DNA of 63,257 nt, the filler included. It is 6 parts of 6 records of this genome, joined end to end, with 100 filler letters (N's around TTAATTAATTAA, not from the genome) between each part and the next. Parts side by side here need not be neighbours in the genome. Positions count along the whole stretch, not along the records: positions 49,478 to 57,243 come from SRR31147125_29641; positions 57,344 to 63,257 come from SRR31147125_29667; 4 more parts are not named here. One strand, 5' to 3'. The notes under the pieces are model-generated. The model saw only the letters and a program-made list of their open reading frames with translations, had not been told where the DNA came from and ran no database searches. A program made the position numbers and the translations under genes. Position 1 is the first letter of the stretch; each line of letters begins with the position of its first letter. This document shows positions 56,953 through 63,257 of the stretch, one piece after another.

Positions 56953-57243
56953 ATGAAACACATTGTAGATTTGAACTGGAAGCAAAATATGGCTTTTGAA
57001 ACTGATATGGATGGCCATAAGATAATTGTTGATGCAAATGTTGAATCAGGAGGTGATGATTTAGGACCTCGACCAAAGAAATTGATGCTCACAGCACTTG
57101 CAGGCTGTACGGGTATTGATGTGATTATGATCCTTAAAAAGATGAAAGTTGTACCCGATTCTTTTAATGTAATTGTAGAAGGGGATTTAACTGATGAGCA
57201 TCCAAAAAAGTATAATAAAATGAAAATTATTTACCAGTTTAAA
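56953..57243 (+). CDS. OsmC/YhfA-family protein, 3'-truncated
   Basis: GPRPKKLMLTALAGCTGIDV..ILKKM...HPK motif. Confidence 0.88.
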
Positions 57244-57343
57244 NNNNNNNNNNNNNNNNNNNNNNNNNNNNNNNNNNNNNNNNNNNNTTAATTAATTAAN
57301 NNNNNNNNNNNNNNNNNNNNNNNNNNNNNNNNNNNNNNNNNNN
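57244..57343. other. Artificial contig spacer
   Basis: 44 N + TTAATTAATTAA + 44 N. Confidence 0.99.
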
Positions 57344-57368
57344 AGACGCAGCATTGCTGCGTCTTTAC
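57344..57368. repeat. REP-like palindrome at contig start
   Basis: AGACGCAGCA-T-TGCTGCGTCT-TTAC. Confidence 0.55.
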
Positions 57369-57518
57369 CATATATCAAGAATTATCGTTTATTACACTTC
57401 ACACACCAGACCCCACACTTCCGAAATTCAACTTTCAACCTTCAACTTTATTGCCTATATTGACTTGAAGGATAGATAATTACACTTCATTACCGATAAT
57501 CAAGTTTCAGGAGGGAAA

Positions 57519-58439
57519 ATGAAACGCCATATCGTTATACTTAATCCTACCGCAGGAAAAGGCCATGCCGAAAAGCGCATACCCGAGATAGAAAGCTTTT
57601 TCTTTCAACATAAAATACCTTATGAGATCATTTTAACCGAGCATCCAGGGCATGCAATAAAGCTTGCTGAGAAATATGCTTTGATGGATGATGTCCTTAT
57701 CGTTGCTGCAGGTGGTGATGGTACGATCAATGAGATCATCAACGGATTGATGCATGCCAAGGAAAAAATAGACGGCAGGATCCCGGAGTTTGCTGTGTTA
57801 GCGATCGGAAGAGGTAACGATTTTGCTTATTCGGCAAATATTCCGGTTGGTCTGGGAGAAGATCTGATGCGGATCAAGAATGGCAAACCCATCCCCATGG
57901 ATGTTGGTGAGGTAAAAGGTGGAGATTATCCAGATGGACGATATTTCGGTAACGGTATGGGAATAGGATTTGATACGCTGGTTGGTCTTGAAGCTGCAAA
58001 AATGAACCATGTACATGGCGGAGCGGCTTATGCCTTGGGTGCGGTCAAAACTTTGATCAAATATCCTGCTGCACCTGATCTTGATATCCATTACGGAAAG
58101 AAAACGATCAGTATTTCGCCTGCAATGGTTTGCGTAATGAACGGACGCAGGCTCGGTGGAACTTTTTTTATGGCTCCTAAAGCCAAGATGGATGACGGAC
58201 TTTTTGATTTCTGTATGACGAAACAAGGCAAAAGACGAACCCTATTGTCAGCCATGTTAGCTTACACAAAAGGCACACAAGGAGAAAGGGAAGATACTCT
58301 GACAGGACGTGCCGATAAGATCACGGTTGAGGCATTATCAGGAACTCTGGCAGTTCATGCCGATGGAGAAACCATCTGTGAAGCGGGCAAGCGTCTTGAG
58401 ATACTTAACCATAAGCATGCCTTAATGATCGTAGAATAA
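57519..58439 (+). CDS. Diacylglycerol/lipid kinase family (YegS/DagK-like)
   Basis: NPTAGKG, AAGGDGT.NE..NG, G.GNDFA, G.GFD and HADGE motifs. Confidence 0.93.
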   Translation: MKRHIVILNPTAGKGHAEKRIPEIESFFFQHKIPYEIILTEHPGHAIKLAEKYALMDDVLIVAAGGDGTINEIINGLMHAKEKIDGRIPEFAVLAIGRGNDFAYSANIPVGLGEDLMRIKNGKPIPMDVGEVKGGDYPDGRYFGNGMGIGFDTLVGLEAAKMNHVHGGAAYALGAVKTLIKYPAAPDLDIHYGKKTISISPAMVCVMNGRRLGGTFFMAPKAKMDDGLFDFCMTKQGKRRTLLSAMLAYTKGTQGEREDTLTGRADKITVEALSGTLAVHADGETICEAGKRLEILNHKHALMIVE

Positions 58440-58525
58440 GTTGATACGAATAGACCAGCATAAATAAACATTTCTGAATTATTGGAAAATATTTTATATT
58501 TACTTTATAAATTAATAAAACCCCG

Positions 58526-60703
58526 ATGAGGTTGCCGATGAAAAACAGGAATTCAATTCATAGATGCGGCATATTTTTGAAAAGTCTCTGTATTGCGACC
58601 ATTCTTTTATTGGGTGGATCTATATTCTTACACGCCAATGAGACAGACAGTTTGCTTGCAGCAGTGAAAAGTTATCATGGTATTCCTCGAATTGAGGCAA
58701 GATTACAGCTGGCCTATATCCACAGAAAATCAGATTTTAATTTATCTTCCGAACAGGCAACTATTGCACTTAAAGAAGCAAAAGAACTTGGAGAAATAGG
58801 CTTACAGGCAAAAGCTCTTTATTATTATGGTTTGACATCATATCGGCACGATATGCTTGATACGGCCTTGGTTTATCTAAGCAGATCGGTAGATCTGTAT
58901 ATGTTAGATGAAAACTATGCACAACTTGGCAAAGTTCTTTGTATGAAAGGAACGAATTACCTGGGTGTAACGGGTGACCAAAATATGGCGATCAAGATTT
59001 ATAATGAAGCCCTTAGCTATTCAAGAAAGGCTTCTGATCATAAAACCATGGCGATCTTATATTCGCAATTATCAAATATTTTTAGAATGAATGGAGCATA
59101 TCAACAGGCAATAGAATTTATTTATAAATCAAAAGAACATTATGAACTTGAGGGTTTCCGCGAAGGTGTTGCCTGGATACTTTATTCCATTGGACGAATA
59201 TACACCTCAATGAGCCTCTATGAAGAAGCTAAAGATAAGTTCATGGAAAGTCTTGAAGAATATAAGAAGCTTCCGGAAAATATCAGCTCTTTAACAGGGG
59301 AAGCTATTTGTTATGATGAGCTGGGTTTGTGTTGTCTGGAACTTGGAAAGGCTGCATGCGCCAGACAAAACAATCTTGAAGCCAGGAAGATCTACGGGAA
59401 AATAGGCTCTGATTTTGGTATGTCTAACGCATACAAATACCTGGCAAGGATCGAACACCAATTCGGTGATAACGACATTGCTCTAAAAAATCTTGATAAC
59501 TCCTTGAAACTGAAAAAAAAGATCAATGATGTTCTGGGATTCCCCGGTGTTTACAATCTATACGGACAGATCCTTAAGGAGCAAAAGCAATATGATTCTG
59601 CAATTGATAGTTTGTACATTGGTCTGAACTATGCTGTGAAAAATTCTCAGAAAAACAGGATCATCAATATCAATAAATGTCTGGCAGAGATATATGCCGA
59701 AAATGGAAATTACAGAAAGGCATATAGCTACAGGACAAACGAAATAGCCGTGATGGACTCCATTCAGCAATCAAAGGCGACTCGAGCACTTACACAGTTG
59801 GAGAATTTTTTTGATATTGAATTAAGGGAAGACCTGATTGAAGAGTTGGAACGAGAAAAGAAATTCAATCAAATTAATTTAAGAAGAGAGATCGCGGTAA
59901 GGAATCTTCTTCTGATCATACTTAGTATGGTCATCGTATTTGCTTTTTTCTTTGTGAAATTATTTGCTTCGAATAGACAGGCAAATATTGCATTGAAGAG
60001 AAATCAAAAAGAATTACAGGAGTTGAACGCGACAAAAGATAAATTTACTTCGATCATTGCTCACGATTTAAGGAGTCCGTTCAATTCAATTCTAGGATTC
60101 TCAAACTTACTTAACAAATCCAGCGAAATGAAAGATTTTGATAAGGTAAAAGAATTTTCCGGGCATATTCAGGATATATCATCTCAAACCTATAAATTAC
60201 TCGAAAATCTTTTGGAATGGTCAAGATCTCAAACCGGCAAAATATCTTTTAATCCCAAAGCACTTGATATTAAAATTCCGGTTAAGAATGCGTGTGATCT
60301 GATGTTTCCGGGTGCAAAAAAGAAAAACATTGATTTTGTGATCGATGTACCGACTATTGCAGTTCTTGTTGATGAGAATATGATGCACACAGTGCTTCAA
60401 AATCTATTATCTAATGCGATCAAGTATTCCCATAACGGTGGAAAAGTTTATATCAGTGCTCGGGAAGATGCTGATAAACTTCTGCTTGAGATCAAAGATG
60501 AAGGAATTGGAATAGATAAATCCATGCTGGATAAGCTTTTTCTGATCGATGAGAATGTCAGTGTTGTTGGCACCGAAGGAGAAAAAGGAACCGGACTTGG
60601 CTTAATTTTAAGTAAAGAATTTATAGAACGTCACAGAGGTAAGATATTCGCATCCAGTGAACTAGGCAAGGGTAGTTGCTTTAAGATTGAATTGCCGCTA
60701 TAA
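58526..60703 (+). CDS. TPR-repeat sensor histidine kinase (orphan within this contig)
   Basis: Signal/TM, TPR array, TM, then IIAHDLRSPF (H-box), NLLSNAIKY, DEGIG and GTGLGL. Confidence 0.93.
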   Translation: MRLPMKNRNSIHRCGIFLKSLCIATILLLGGSIFLHANETDSLLAAVKSYHGIPRIEARLQLAYIHRKSDFNLSSEQATIALKEAKELGEIGLQAKALYYYGLTSYRHDMLDTALVYLSRSVDLYMLDENYAQLGKVLCMKGTNYLGVTGDQNMAIKIYNEALSYSRKASDHKTMAILYSQLSNIFRMNGAYQQAIEFIYKSKEHYELEGFREGVAWILYSIGRIYTSMSLYEEAKDKFMESLEEYKKLPENISSLTGEAICYDELGLCCLELGKAACARQNNLEARKIYGKIGSDFGMSNAYKYLARIEHQFGDNDIALKNLDNSLKLKKKINDVLGFPGVYNLYGQILKEQKQYDSAIDSLYIGLNYAVKNSQKNRIININKCLAEIYAENGNYRKAYSYRTNEIAVMDSIQQSKATRALTQLENFFDIELREDLIEELEREKKFNQINLRREIAVRNLLLIILSMVIVFAFFFVKLFASNRQANIALKRNQKELQELNATKDKFTSIIAHDLRSPFNSILGFSNLLNKSSEMKDFDKVKEFSGHIQDISSQTYKLLENLLEWSRSQTGKISFNPKALDIKIPVKNACDLMFPGAKKKNIDFVIDVPTIAVLVDENMMHTVLQNLLSNAIKYSHNGGKVYISAREDADKLLLEIKDEGIGIDKSMLDKLFLIDENVSVVGTEGEKGTGLGLILSKEFIERHRGKIFASSELGKGSCFKIELPL

Positions 60704-60812
60704 ATTAACTATAAACTAAGAACGATAAACTATAAATGTCACACTGGGCACTGAGAATTTATCGTTTAATATCGTCCCGAAATTTCAACATGAATTATCT
60801 TTAATAATAAAA

Positions 60813-60840
60813 TTAAGGCAGAGCAATGCTCTGCCTCAAC
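60813..60840. repeat. REP-like palindrome / bidirectional terminator between convergent genes
   Basis: AGGCAGAGCA-A-TGCTCTGCCT perfect 10-bp stem. Confidence 0.55.
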
Positions 60841-60847
60841 TATTAAA

Positions 60848-63257
<2,410 letters not shown>

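Overview
The window is not one locus. It joins six unrelated contigs with identical 100-nt spacers (44 N + TTAATTAATTAA + 44 N). Contig A (1-24114, FCB-superphylum-like, e.g. KSB1/Calditrichota by gene content) carries a C25 gingipain-like protease with a T9SS-type tail, two decayed AbrB-VapC toxin-antitoxin pairs, and a BlaI / BlaR1(M56)-thioredoxin / TlpA-lipoprotein operon under three TACAnnTGTA operators. It also has Tat-signal tldD plus pmbA, a PAP2 phosphatase, a methyltransferase with an attenuator-like leader, a large PQQ-propeller/malectin protein, a T9SS cargo gene next to a small dihaem cytochrome c, a sulfatase and a lipoprotein. Contig B (24215-29742) carries moeB/thiF, an RDD-Maf fusion, an orphan FliF/YscJ-like ring protein, a lipoyl domain and a Ser/Thr kinase. 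Contig C (29843-40439) is a six-gene operon: a TonB-dependent receptor, a PorV-family barrel, two paralogous T9SS-CTD proteins and two lipoproteins, with no SusD. Contig D (40540-49377) is a surface-glycan locus (YfhO, asnB, GT4, C5-epimerase-like, deacetylase-like). Contig E (49478-57243, Bacteroidales-like) is mostly housekeeping (lutB, Rrf2, hemW, dut, TPR, DUF4292, EnvC-like, Crp/Fnr, OsmC). Contig F (57344-63257) has a lipid kinase, a TPR histidine kinase and a GH13 lipoprotein. I saw no rRNA, tRNA or CRISPR array. Three single-base homopolymer deletions explain a split gene, a false fusion and an aberrant C-terminus. The best candidates for under-described systems are the BlaI/BlaR1-thioredoxin module and the SusD-less TBDR-PorV-CTD module. 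All family calls come from motif recognition; no database searches were run.
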